Positions 7,484-15,074 of a stretch of 41,775 nt of DNA are shown in pieces; position 1 is the stretch's first letter, and each line of letters starts with the position of its first letter. Origin of the DNA: a virus; the IMG/VR virus record IMGVR_UViG_3300002461_000190; one strand, 5' to 3'. Below the pieces are notes generated by a model, which was not told where the DNA came from, ran no database searches, and saw only the letters and a program-made list of their open reading frames with translations. Position numbers and translations under genes: made by a program.

Positions 7484-7757
7484 CCGCCGCCCGCTTCGCC
7501 CGCCGCGCCGCCGCCCGCCGCTTCTTCACGGCGTCCGCCTTGAACCGCGCTTCCATCATTGGCCAATAATTCAGCCGGGCGGCTTCAGCGGCGCGCCGGA
7601 CGATTTCTTCGGGGGGGATCGGGATCAGCCCGGTTCCCTTGCATTCGTTGCACGACACCGGATCGCGGATGATCCGAGTCAAGTCCAGCCCTTCGCGCCG
7701 AAGCGCGCAAGCGGGGCAAGGTTCGCAATTTTCCTTCAGCGTATGGTCGACCATCAT
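7455..7757 (-). CDS. Small zinc-finger protein (DnaJ-type CxxCxGxG-like motif)
   Basis: MMVDHTLKENCEPCPACA..VSCNECKGTG. SD GGGGGG lies upstream, and the ATG overlaps the stop of 7754..8143 (ATGA). Confidence 0.55.
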   Translation of the reverse strand: MMVDHTLKENCEPCPACALRREGLDLTRIIRDPVSCNECKGTGLIPIPPEEIVRRAAEAARLNYWPMMEARFKADAVKKRRAAARRAKRAAATDSPSVPG

Positions 7758-8414
7758 TCGCCCCCCGATAGATGCTTGATCAGCGCGGCGGCGCGCTGGG
7801 CTATGTCTTGCCCGGCGGGATCGTTGTCGAACCCGAAACGGTCGCGGATCATGGCCAGTTCTTCCAAGGTGAAGGCGGCGGGCGCGCGGGTCGCGGGATA
7901 AACGGCGCGCATGATCACTTGCCGTTCGCCGTAGGACGGGAATCGGTTCTGATAGGCCATGATCCGCGCCGACAATTCGAAGCCCGCCCGCGCCCCGTCC
8001 AGCCCGCCCCGTTCGAACGTCCAGCCTTCGGCGATCATTGCCGCGCGAAGGTCGTCGATCAGCCGAAGGCGATCCGCGTCGTCCCAAAGAAGATCGGGCC
8101 AAAGGTCGCGTTGCGTGAGTCGGCGATTGTGAAGCGCGACCATCTTCGCCCCCTTCGCCAGCGCCCGCGAAAAGACCGCCAAGGGGCGCGCTGGGCTTTG
8201 CCGGGGGCGTAGGGGCGGAAAGGGCCGGGATCGCGCTGGCGGGCCGTTTTTCGGGGGTCTGGCGCATGATCCGGGCATAAGCCGCCAGAAGGTCGCGGAT
8301 AGTGTCAATCTGGACGATCTTCGGGGCGACGCCACGGGCGAAGAAGTCCCGCCCCAACTGGTCGCGCGATAGAAGCGCCAAGGCGCGGGCTTCGGTCAGA
8401 TTGCGGTTGATCAT
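7455..8414 (-). CDS. ORF starting MINRNLTEARAL.. whose frame has no stop until 7455; only the N-terminal ~90 codons look genuinely coding
   Basis: ATG at 8414 with SD GGGGGA and an ATGA overlap with the HNH gene stop. Downstream the frame runs through two better-supported genes as Arg-rich sequence. Confidence 0.3.
   Translation of the reverse strand: MINRNLTEARALALLSRDQLGRDFFARGVAPKIVQIDTIRDLLAAYARIMRQTPEKRPASAIPALSAPTPPAKPSAPLGGLFAGAGEGGEDGRASQSPTHATRPLARSSLGRRGSPSADRRPSRGNDRRRLDVRTGRAGRGAGGLRIVGADHGLSEPIPVLRRTASDHARRLSRDPRARRLHLGRTGHDPRPFRVRQRSRRARHSPARRRADQASIGGRMMVDHTLKENCEPCPACALRREGLDLTRIIRDPVSCNECKGTGLIPIPPEEIVRRAAEAARLNYWPMMEARFKADAVKKRRAAARRAKRAAATDSPSVPG
7754..8143 (-). CDS. Hypothetical protein
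   Basis: Start MVALHNRRL.. with SD AAGGGGG. The composition is protein-like, whereas the overlapping frame is Arg-rich. Confidence 0.55.
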   Translation of the reverse strand: MVALHNRRLTQRDLWPDLLWDDADRLRLIDDLRAAMIAEGWTFERGGLDGARAGFELSARIMAYQNRFPSYGERQVIMRAVYPATRAPAAFTLEELAMIRDRFGFDNDPAGQDIAQRAAALIKHLSGGE

Positions 8415-8806
8415 TCGAATTCCCCCGGACCCGTGTCGGTCCTGTCTTCGTCCGGGAAGCATTGCCCCGGCGCTGGGCATGGGTCGAAAAGGTCGGGGAT
8501 TGCCAGCGCCGCCCGGCGGCGGGCTTTGACCCCCTTCGCCCGGTTCGGGGCGTCGAAGGTGTTATGGCACTTCTGGCACCACGCCCGAAGGTTCGCGTCG
8601 TCGACGTTTTCGGGCGTATGGTCTAAATGGGCGACCGTGATCACGACCTTTGCCCCGGTCACGGGATGCGGTTCCCCATGCTTCGCCCGGCAATCCGGGA
8701 AGGCTGGCGATCCGACGCAAGCCCAACCCGCCGCGTCCTTGATCCGGGTCGCAATGGCTGGCCAGTCCGCCGGATAGCGGTCGCGTTCTTCAGCCCTGAT
8801 CGGCAT
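8411..8806 (-). CDS. HNH endonuclease
   Basis: ..VAHLDHTPENVDDANLRAWCQKCHNTFD.. Start MPIRAEERDRYPADW with SD GGGGG. An alternative upstream ATG is at 8911. Confidence 0.75.
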   Translation of the reverse strand: MPIRAEERDRYPADWPAIATRIKDAAGWACVGSPAFPDCRAKHGEPHPVTGAKVVITVAHLDHTPENVDDANLRAWCQKCHNTFDAPNRAKGVKARRRAALAIPDLFDPCPAPGQCFPDEDRTDTGPGEFE

Positions 8807-8903
8807 GATCGACCCCCACGAAAAGAACCGCCGCCTGAAGGTCCGCGACCTGTTTTCGAAGCGCCATATTGTCCGACCAAAGGCGGGAATTCGTGAGTCG
8901 TTG

Positions 8904-9014
8904 CTACCCATATCCGGCGACAAGGGTTCTGGCTTCGGCGACCAAGATCGGATCGACCCCGGCGGCGGCGAGTCGGTCCGCGAACGAAAGGCTTCGCTTC
9001 GTATGCTTAGACAT
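8904..9014 (-). CDS. Possible 36-aa peptide
   Basis: Hand translation gives MSKHTKRSLSFADRLAAAGVDPILVAEARTLVAGYG followed by a stop. The ATG is adjacent to the upstream stop. Confidence 0.25.
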   Translation of the reverse strand: MSKHTKRSLSFADRLAAAGVDPILVAEARTLVAGYG

Positions 9015-9198
9015 GATCGCCCCTTCCCTTGCCCTGACCGGGCCGCAAGTCGAACCCGATCTTCTGGCGCGGCGGCAAGGGGAACGGGCGACCGTTCGGA
9101 CCCAAGACCCGCGAAAGCGTCGGCGGCTGGTCTTCGATTGCTTCGGTCGCGTAAAGGAAGCCGCCGCCGTCCCAAGGGTCTTTGATTTCGGTCGCCAT
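9007..9198 (-). CDS. Hypothetical small protein
   Basis: TAATG overlap with the upstream gene. Confidence 0.45.
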   Translation of the reverse strand: MATEIKDPWDGGGFLYATEAIEDQPPTLSRVLGPNGRPFPLPPRQKIGFDLRPGQGKGRGDHV

Positions 9199-9431
9199 TA
9201 TCGCCCCCCGTCGTCGCCGGGCGTGATCGTTATTTGATCCGCCCTGACCTTCGCTTGCACGTCGACGAACGGCGTCGGGCTGGCGTCGCCGATTTGTCGG
9301 ACTTCGATCAGGGACGCTTCGACGGTCATTCCCGCCGCCGCCGCGCTGGCGATATGCTGATTCAACTGGCGCGCGGCGGCTTCGATAAGAAGGGTCAACG
9401 CCTTCGCGGTTTCATAGGGGATCGGCTTCAC
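9198..9431 (-). CDS. Hypothetical small protein
   Basis: GTG start (VKPIPYETAKAL..) with SD GGGGG and a GTGA overlap with the upstream stop. Confidence 0.45.
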   Translation of the reverse strand: MKPIPYETAKALTLLIEAAARQLNQHIASAAAAGMTVEASLIEVRQIGDASPTPFVDVQAKVRADQITITPGDDGGR

Positions 9432-9796
9432 GACTCGCCCCCTGTCTTGGCGGTCGAAACGAAGACCTTCTTCGATCCGCAAGCCGGGCAACACGCCTTC
9501 AGCGCAAGCTTTGCGACGTCGGCAAGGTTCATGGGAAGTTCGGCGACGACCCAAACCGTCGCGCATTCGCCGCAACGGGCGTCGAACGTCTTCCCGGTTC
9601 CGGGCGGGGGCAGGACGCGGGGTTGCGGAACCCCTTCGACCGAACCCGACATGGCTTCGACAAGCGCCTTCCCGTCCCTATGACGCCAGCGCGCGGCGGC
9701 GGCGGCGGCGGCGATTTCCGACCGCCGCGACGGGGCAAGCTTTGCCGCCCGCGCCGCGCCGCCCGCCGATTGTTTGCTTTTCGGTTCTTCGGTCAT
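9428..9796 (-). CDS. Zinc-ribbon protein, paralogous to the N-terminus of 10134..10562
   Basis: CGECATVWVVAELPMNLADVAKLALKACCPACG resembles CGPCGHVWTVASLPLHMGALALACARATCPGCG in the other gene. Confidence 0.55.
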   Translation of the reverse strand: MTEEPKSKQSAGGAARAAKLAPSRRSEIAAAAAAARWRHRDGKALVEAMSGSVEGVPQPRVLPPPGTGKTFDARCGECATVWVVAELPMNLADVAKLALKACCPACGSKKVFVSTAKTGGES

Positions 9797-10137
9797 TGTG
9801 TCGCCTTCCTGTCTTTCCCGTTGATCGTTGCGCCGCGTTTCATGGCGGCGGCGCTGGCGGCATATCCCGCGCCCCTTGGGTCGCCGTCTTCCGACCAAAG
9901 CCCGCCGGAATAGATCGCCAAGCCCTTGTCCCGAAGTTGCCGAAGGATCGCCCGGACAAGTTCGACCCCGATCCCGGTTTCGTCGCAAACCCGCCGGAAC
10001 CCGACGAAGTTCGTTTCCGGGGTCCGACCGCCGACGTCGATCAGGACGGCAAGGACCGCCCGTTCAAGAATCGCAATGGCGACGACGGTCGGGATCGGGC
10101 AAGGCTTGGCTTCGGGAATGTCGTCCGGTTCCATCAT
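9793..10137 (-). CDS. Winged-helix-like protein, paralogous to the C-terminus of 10134..10562
   Basis: ..FVGFRRVCDETGIGVELVRAILRQLRDKGLAIY.. resembles ..FVDFRPISAELGVDYDTTRAILRRLKERGAIL.. in the other gene. Confidence 0.55.
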   Translation of the reverse strand: MMEPDDIPEAKPCPIPTVVAIAILERAVLAVLIDVGGRTPETNFVGFRRVCDETGIGVELVRAILRQLRDKGLAIYSGGLWSEDGDPRGAGYAASAAAMKRGATINGKDRKATQ

Positions 10138-10562
10138 GCCGCCCCTTCTTCCTTCGCGGCATATCCGCCGCCTTCAAGGATGATTCCAATATCCCCGCCC
10201 CCGAAGTCCCATTTTGTCAGGATTGCGCCGCGTTCCTTCAGCCGACGAAGGATCGCCCGCGTCGTGTCATAGTCGACGCCAAGTTCGGCGGAAATCGGCC
10301 GGAAATCGACGAAGGGCTGATCCGGGTTCGCGTCGCGGCGACCCTTCAGGAAGAAAAGCGCCGCCGATTCCAGCGTCGCCACGGCGGCGGCGGGCGACCC
10401 GTCCAGTTCGACCGAAAGGGACATTGAACCGCCGCAACCGGGGCACGTCGCCCGCGCGCAAGCCAAGGCAAGCGCCCCCATGTGAAGGGGAAGGCTGGCG
10501 ACCGTCCAGACATGGCCACAAGGGCCGCAACGCCCTTGCACGGGGCCGGACGCGGGCGTCAT
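10134..10562 (-). CDS. Zinc-ribbon plus winged-helix fusion protein
   Basis: N-terminal CxxC..CxxC ribbon followed by an HTH-like C-terminus. ATGA overlap with the next gene. Confidence 0.55.
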   Translation of the reverse strand: MTPASGPVQGRCGPCGHVWTVASLPLHMGALALACARATCPGCGGSMSLSVELDGSPAAAVATLESAALFFLKGRRDANPDQPFVDFRPISAELGVDYDTTRAILRRLKERGAILTKWDFGGGDIGIILEGGGYAAKEEGAA

Positions 10563-11551
10563 GGGCGATCCGCCGCAATGGGGGCGCGAAGCCCTAGGAT
10601 CAAGCCCAAGACGTCCGGGCGGACCCCCGCCGTCGGGTTGCCCCGGATCAGAAGTTCTTGAACGTCCGGGGGAACGCCGTCGCGCGCCAAGGCGATCAGG
10701 ATCGCCGCCCGCTGGTCGACCGGATCGACGCGGATCGACGCGGGTTCAAAGCCGGGATCGTCGCCACGCGCCGAAAGGCGATCCCCCCGTTCGATTTCCG
10801 CCAAAATCAACGCCGCCCCGCGAACAAGATCGCGGCGGGCTTTTTTGGGCTTCCACCATTTTGCAAGCCAAGGCCAGAACAAGGGGGTTTGACCGCCAAG
10901 GCCCGCCCCCGCGTGAAGGGCATAGCAAGCGCCCGCCCGCGCCAGTTCCCCCGCCGGAAGCGCGTCGTCGCGGTCGGTCGTCCAGCCTTCGCCTTCGACT
11001 TGCCGCGCCCGTTCGGCGGCAATGTCCGCCAGCGCCGAAGACCTGAAGACCGAAGGTTCGTCCGCTTCCCGGATCACCGGGCGTTGCGGATGATCGAAAA
11101 GCATGGCCGAAAGGTCGTTCGCAATGTCAAGCGCCCGGTCGACCGCGACAAGACCGCGCGCAATGGGGTCGCCGTCGACGGGGGCGGCAAGCCGGACGAT
11201 CCGCCCGTCGCGGCGCGGTTGACCGTCGAAGGCGTGTCGCCATGCCTGAAGCCATAACATGCCGCCCCGGCGGATCGCAGAAGCTTCGTGAAAGGGGCGC
11301 GACCGGAATTCGGGGTCGAACGCCAGACAAGCCGCGTCGACGACGAACGAATTCGGTTCCGCCCAACCCGACCCAAGGCCGGGCGCTTCGGGGCTGGACG
11401 TGTAGGGGGCGAACCCGATCCGCCAAGCCGCCAGCCAAGACTCGCCTTCAGCCATGACGACGGCGGCTTGAACCGCCGGGATCAGTCCGAAGTCGTGACG
11501 AAAGGACATGCAGGCGGATTCGATCAGGGATTGGGAAAGTCGTTCGGACAT
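10559..11551 (-). CDS. Hypothetical protein with an internal N-terminal duplication and a conserved-looking C-terminal module
   Basis: SACMSFRHDF..WLAAWRIGF repeats as AACLAFDPEF..WLQAWRHAF. The C-terminus reads ERARQVEGEGWTTDRDD..GELARAGACYAL..WPW..WWKPKKARRDLVRGAALILAEIERGDR. SD GAAGGA lies upstream. Confidence 0.55.
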   Translation of the reverse strand: MSERLSQSLIESACMSFRHDFGLIPAVQAAVVMAEGESWLAAWRIGFAPYTSSPEAPGLGSGWAEPNSFVVDAACLAFDPEFRSRPFHEASAIRRGGMLWLQAWRHAFDGQPRRDGRIVRLAAPVDGDPIARGLVAVDRALDIANDLSAMLFDHPQRPVIREADEPSVFRSSALADIAAERARQVEGEGWTTDRDDALPAGELARAGACYALHAGAGLGGQTPLFWPWLAKWWKPKKARRDLVRGAALILAEIERGDRLSARGDDPGFEPASIRVDPVDQRAAILIALARDGVPPDVQELLIRGNPTAGVRPDVLGLILGLRAPIAADRP

Positions 11552-11562
11552 GGCCGATTCCT

Positions 11563-12306
11563 TCAGTTCGGGGTTTCAATGCGGAAGGTCGTAACAGTGA
11601 CCCAAGGGTTCGCGGCGAAGGCGTTGTCGCCGTGAATAGAGTTCCAAAGGCGGACGAAGGCGTCGCGCGGGGTTTGTTGCCAGTCCGCCCAAGCCCAACC
11701 TTCGTTATCGGTTCCGGGAAGACCGTCGCGGTCGGGAATCCCGAACTTGCGGAACCGCCCGTCCTTCGACGCCGCCGCGATCCCTTCGGCTTCGGCTTCG
11801 ATTGACGTCACTTCGTCCAGCCGTTCGAAGTCGACGTCTTCGACGATCAGGTTCAACCGGGCGTCGGCGCGGAACATGAACCGCGCCGGGCGCTTATAGA
11901 TCGTCGGACGCGACCAATCGTCGGCGCTGGGCGGCGGTCCTTGGCGCGCCGTGATCGGATAGCGCGGCGGGTCGAAGGTCGCTTCAGACATGGCCACAAA
12001 GCGAAGCCGGGGGCGCTTGCCGTCTTGCGGCTTGGTCGGGTCGCGTTCCCAACATCCGAACTTGAAATGGGTTTCCCGGACCCAAAGGCGGTCGTCCTTG
12101 GCATAGGGGGGCGCAAGGAAAAGAACCGCGTCGTCCGATCCGACGCCAAGGCCGGGCCAGTCCCAAACGAACTTCCCCCGCCCGGTCCTGAAGACCGTCG
12201 CCCCTTCGGGCGGCTGGACCTTCAGAAGCCGCCGGGTCTTATACTTCCGCCCGGCAAAGATCGCCGAAACCATAGCGGGCGAAAAGGCGATCCCGTGATC
12301 GGTCAT
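11563..12306 (-). CDS. Hypothetical protein, possibly with an ASCH/PUA-like N-terminus
   Basis: Start MTDHGIAFSPAMVSAIFAGRKYKTRRLLKVQPP (ASCH-like opening). ATGA overlap with the upstream gene. Confidence 0.45.
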   Translation of the reverse strand: MTDHGIAFSPAMVSAIFAGRKYKTRRLLKVQPPEGATVFRTGRGKFVWDWPGLGVGSDDAVLFLAPPYAKDDRLWVRETHFKFGCWERDPTKPQDGKRPRLRFVAMSEATFDPPRYPITARQGPPPSADDWSRPTIYKRPARFMFRADARLNLIVEDVDFERLDEVTSIEAEAEGIAAASKDGRFRKFGIPDRDGLPGTDNEGWAWADWQQTPRDAFVRLWNSIHGDNAFAANPWVTVTTFRIETPN

Positions 12307-12521
12307 TTGCCCCGCCCCCGTTTGAACCCACGCCGGAACCCGGCAAGGAAGGCCGATCCCGCCCGCGCGGCAAACACGGCGACGAAGATCAGTCCGACGA
12401 AGGAAAAGCCGAAGACTGGCCACCATGCCAGCCAATGCCAGCCAAGGAAACGAACCAGATCGGCGGCGAAGGCCGCGACGGACACGACGACCCCAAGGGT
12501 CAAGACTTCGCTTCGGTTCAT
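12303..12521 (-). CDS. Small two-TM membrane protein
   Basis: VLTLGVVVSVAAFAADLV and WWPVFGFSFVGLIFVAVFAA, with a basic tail. Confidence 0.55.
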   Translation of the reverse strand: MNRSEVLTLGVVVSVAAFAADLVRFLGWHWLAWWPVFGFSFVGLIFVAVFAARAGSAFLAGFRRGFKRGRGK

Positions 12522-12820
12522 GCCGCGCCCGCCCCGTCCCCGTCGCCATAGATCGCGGCGACCCGTTCTTCCTTCAGGCGGCGCGCTTGTTCGCTGAAGC
12601 GGTCCGCGTTTTCGGTCAGGACTTGCGCGACAAGTTCGGCGAACTGATCAGCATTCCCGGCGGCTTCGGACACGATCAGGACCGGAAACCGCATGAAGAA
12701 CCGTTCGCCCCCGGTCGGAAGCTTTTCCGGGGCGTCCCCGAAATAAATCCCGATCCGCTTCGCAACCTTCGGAATCCCAATGGTCGTCCCTTCGGCGGAA
12801 AAGTAAGCGTGATCAGCCAT
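12518..12820 (-). CDS. Hypothetical protein
   Basis: Coupled ORF in the leftward operon. Confidence 0.5.
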   Translation of the reverse strand: MADHAYFSAEGTTIGIPKVAKRIGIYFGDAPEKLPTGGERFFMRFPVLIVSEAAGNADQFAELVAQVLTENADRFSEQARRLKEERVAAIYGDGDGAGAA

Positions 12821-13133
12821 TGGAACCCCCTTCGGTGCTGGGCGTCGTCGCTTCCCCGACCGGGACCGTCTTCAGCGTGAATTCGTTCCCGTGAAGGTGA
12901 ACCCGGACCAAGGCTTGATCCGCGTCGGTCGGGGGGCGGTCGACGAAAAGCCCAAGGGCCTTCGCCAGTTCGATTCCGGGCTGGACCATTGCCAGCCAAG
13001 CTTCGCAATCGGCGGCGGTCAGAAGGTCCGCCCAGCATTTGGGGCAAGCCTTCCCGATCAAGTCCCGGCTGATCGCTTCGACGTCTTCGACGTGATCGCA
13101 ACCGGGGGCGTCGCATTTGAGGAATTCAGGCAT
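12813..13133 (-). CDS. Cys-rich small protein
   Basis: Internal start MPEFLKCDAPGCDH..CPKCWADLL. Confidence 0.5.
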   Translation of the reverse strand: MPEFLKCDAPGCDHVEDVEAISRDLIGKACPKCWADLLTAADCEAWLAMVQPGIELAKALGLFVDRPPTDADQALVRVHLHGNEFTLKTVPVGEATTPSTEGGSNG

Positions 13134-13683
13134 TCGAAACCCCTTCGGCGCTGGGCGCTTCGTCGACCTGATCGGCGGGCGGCGGCGCGTTTTCAAGGTG
13201 GACGGGATGGTCCAGCGGGAACCGGGCGCGATGGGACGCAACCCCGGACTCAAGCGTCGGATGGCCCTTGCAAACGCTTCCGCCTTCAGGGGGGCGGGCG
13301 CGCGAATGAAGGATCAGGCGAAGGTTCCGCATATTGGGCGAAATGCTGATCCTGATCCCGGCGTCATGGGCAAGGAAGACAAGATCGGTCAGTCCCCGGA
13401 AGTCGCGGGTCGCCAGTTCATGCCGCCAATTCAGGCAAAGCGAGTCGTCCCGCCATTCGACCGAATCCCATTCAATCGGGGCGTTGTAAATGCCGCCCCC
13501 GACGACCCCAAGGATCGTGAAGGCGCGGCGATGGAAGTCGTTCAAGGCGTCGGGCGCGCCATGCCAACCCCGCCGGGCGGCGGCGGCTTTCTGATCGCGC
13601 GGCGACGGCTTCCGGCGCTTCGCATATCCGATATTTTCTTGGACCCAACCCGCATGATCCATTGCGTCATAACCCATTGTCAT
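13126..13683 (-). CDS. Hypothetical protein
   Basis: Protein-like ORF coupled to its neighbours. Confidence 0.5.
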   Translation of the reverse strand: MTMGYDAMDHAGWVQENIGYAKRRKPSPRDQKAAAARRGWHGAPDALNDFHRRAFTILGVVGGGIYNAPIEWDSVEWRDDSLCLNWRHELATRDFRGLTDLVFLAHDAGIRISISPNMRNLRLILHSRARPPEGGSVCKGHPTLESGVASHRARFPLDHPVHLENAPPPADQVDEAPSAEGVSNA

Positions 13684-14048
13684 TCCCTTTCCGCGCTGGG
13701 CGCGTTGGACGTTTGAAGATCGGGGCGGTCAGGTGGAGTCTGACCGCCCCGCCCGGAACCTTGGCAGGAGTCCGGGTCGGGGGCGGCGTCTAACACAACG
13801 TCCCGCCCCCTACAGTCGCCGAAGCGACCACCCCGAAGGGTCTGTTTGGCGTGTCCGACGATCTGACCGACGACACGCTTCGTCACGGAACGGACAACGG
13901 TCTTCGACCCCTTGTCCGTCAAATAGTCCGGATGCGACCGGAAGGCGTCGACGACCGCGCCTTCGACCAAGTTCCACAAGCGGACGTGATCGGCGTTCTT
14001 CAGGAACGCGGCGTCCTTGCGGGAAGGGCGGCGGACGGGCTTCACCAT
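13680..14048 (-). CDS. Hypothetical protein
   Basis: ATGA overlap with the downstream gene. Confidence 0.5.
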   Translation of the reverse strand: MVKPVRRPSRKDAAFLKNADHVRLWNLVEGAVVDAFRSHPDYLTDKGSKTVVRSVTKRVVGQIVGHAKQTLRGGRFGDCRGRDVVLDAAPDPDSCQGSGRGGQTPPDRPDLQTSNAPSAERE

Positions 14049-14281
14049 GAGTCGGGCATCGCTTCAGCCTGAAGGACCGTCGCCGCGATCTTCGCCGGGG
14101 CGTCCTTCAGCGTCCAGCCAAGCGCCAGCGCCAGAAGGAAGGCGACGATCAGCCCGGCGACCCGGACCTTCTGGCGGTTGCGTTCGCGGATCGCTTCGCG
14201 GTTCATGCGTTCAAGCGCGACGCCGAAGCGCGACACTTGGTAAGCGGCGTTCCGAAGGTCGCGGCGGGGATCGGGGTTCAT
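14042..14281 (-). CDS. Small single-TM protein
   Basis: Internal start MNPDPRRDL.., with TM segment VAGLIVAFLLALALGW. Confidence 0.45.
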   Translation of the reverse strand: MNPDPRRDLRNAAYQVSRFGVALERMNREAIRERNRQKVRVAGLIVAFLLALALGWTLKDAPAKIAATVLQAEAMPDSW

Positions 14282-14286
14282 GCGAT

Positions 14287-14577
14287 TCAATCCTCTAAAA
14301 GCGCGGCGATCACTTGCGGCTGAAGACCGCAATCGCCGCAGACAAGGCGGGTCGTCGTATAGGCCGGGACGGAAAGCGGTTCGTCCCCGGTCAAGCGAGA
14401 CGCCAGCGCCGGGCTTCCGGTCGCGGCTTCAAGGTTGGCGACCCGGCGGATCGCGTCGTCGTCGAAGGCGTGAAGCGTCGTCGTCACGCGGTAAAACTGA
14501 AGCCCGGCGTTCCCGACCGGGTTCCCGCAAAAGGCGCAAGGCTGGAATTCCGCCTTCTTCAAGCCCGGCGCTTTCAT
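14287..14577 (-). CDS. Small protein with two CxxC pairs
   Basis: CAFCGN...CGDCG. Confidence 0.5.
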   Translation of the reverse strand: MKAPGLKKAEFQPCAFCGNPVGNAGLQFYRVTTTLHAFDDDAIRRVANLEAATGSPALASRLTGDEPLSVPAYTTTRLVCGDCGLQPQVIAALLED

Positions 14578-14786
14578 GCCGCGAACCCTTCACGGCGAAC
14601 CGCGATCCGAAGAAGGCGGGCGCGTTCGAAGTCGATCCAATCGCGGGGGCAAGCCAAGACGGCTTCGCAAGCGGTCAGGACGGCGGCGGCGGGCTGGACG
14701 GGCCGGGCAATGACCTGAAGCGCGGCGTCGCGGTCGGTCAGATCGGCGGGGGCGCGGCAAAAGCCGTCGGGGGAAGCGTGAAGCAT
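14574..14786 (-). CDS. Hypothetical small protein
   Basis: SD GAAGGA upstream. ATGA overlap downstream. Confidence 0.45.
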   Translation of the reverse strand: MLHASPDGFCRAPADLTDRDAALQVIARPVQPAAAVLTACEAVLACPRDWIDFERARLLRIAVRREGFAA

Positions 14787-14843
14787 GATCGGCGATCCTT
14801 CGGGGTTGGGGACGCCCCCGCCTTGGGGGCGTCGGGAAAGCGC

Positions 14844-15074
14844 CTATTCGGCGGCGGACTCAAGGTTCGTGATCGCTTCGTCGGCGGCGTCATAGGCCGA
14901 TTGAAGGGCGTCGGCGGCGGCTTCGGATGCTTGCCCCCGGTCGCTTTGCTGAAGGCTTTCCGGCATGGCGTCGAAGGCGTCGCGTTCTTCCGACTGAAGG
15001 TCTTCAATCTGACCGCGAAGGTCTTCAAGGGCTTCTTTGATCTTTTCGATCCGGGCACGGCGGTCTTTGTTCAT
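14844..15074 (-). CDS. 76-aa acidic coiled-coil-like protein, copy 1 (paralogue of 23632..23862); first gene of the long leftward operon
   Basis: MNKDRRARIEKIKEALEDLRGQIEDLQSEERDAFDAMPESLQQSDRGQ.. It differs from copy 2 at 3 residues. Confidence 0.7.
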   Translation of the reverse strand: MNKDRRARIEKIKEALEDLRGQIEDLQSEERDAFDAMPESLQQSDRGQASEAAADALQSAYDAADEAITNLESAAE

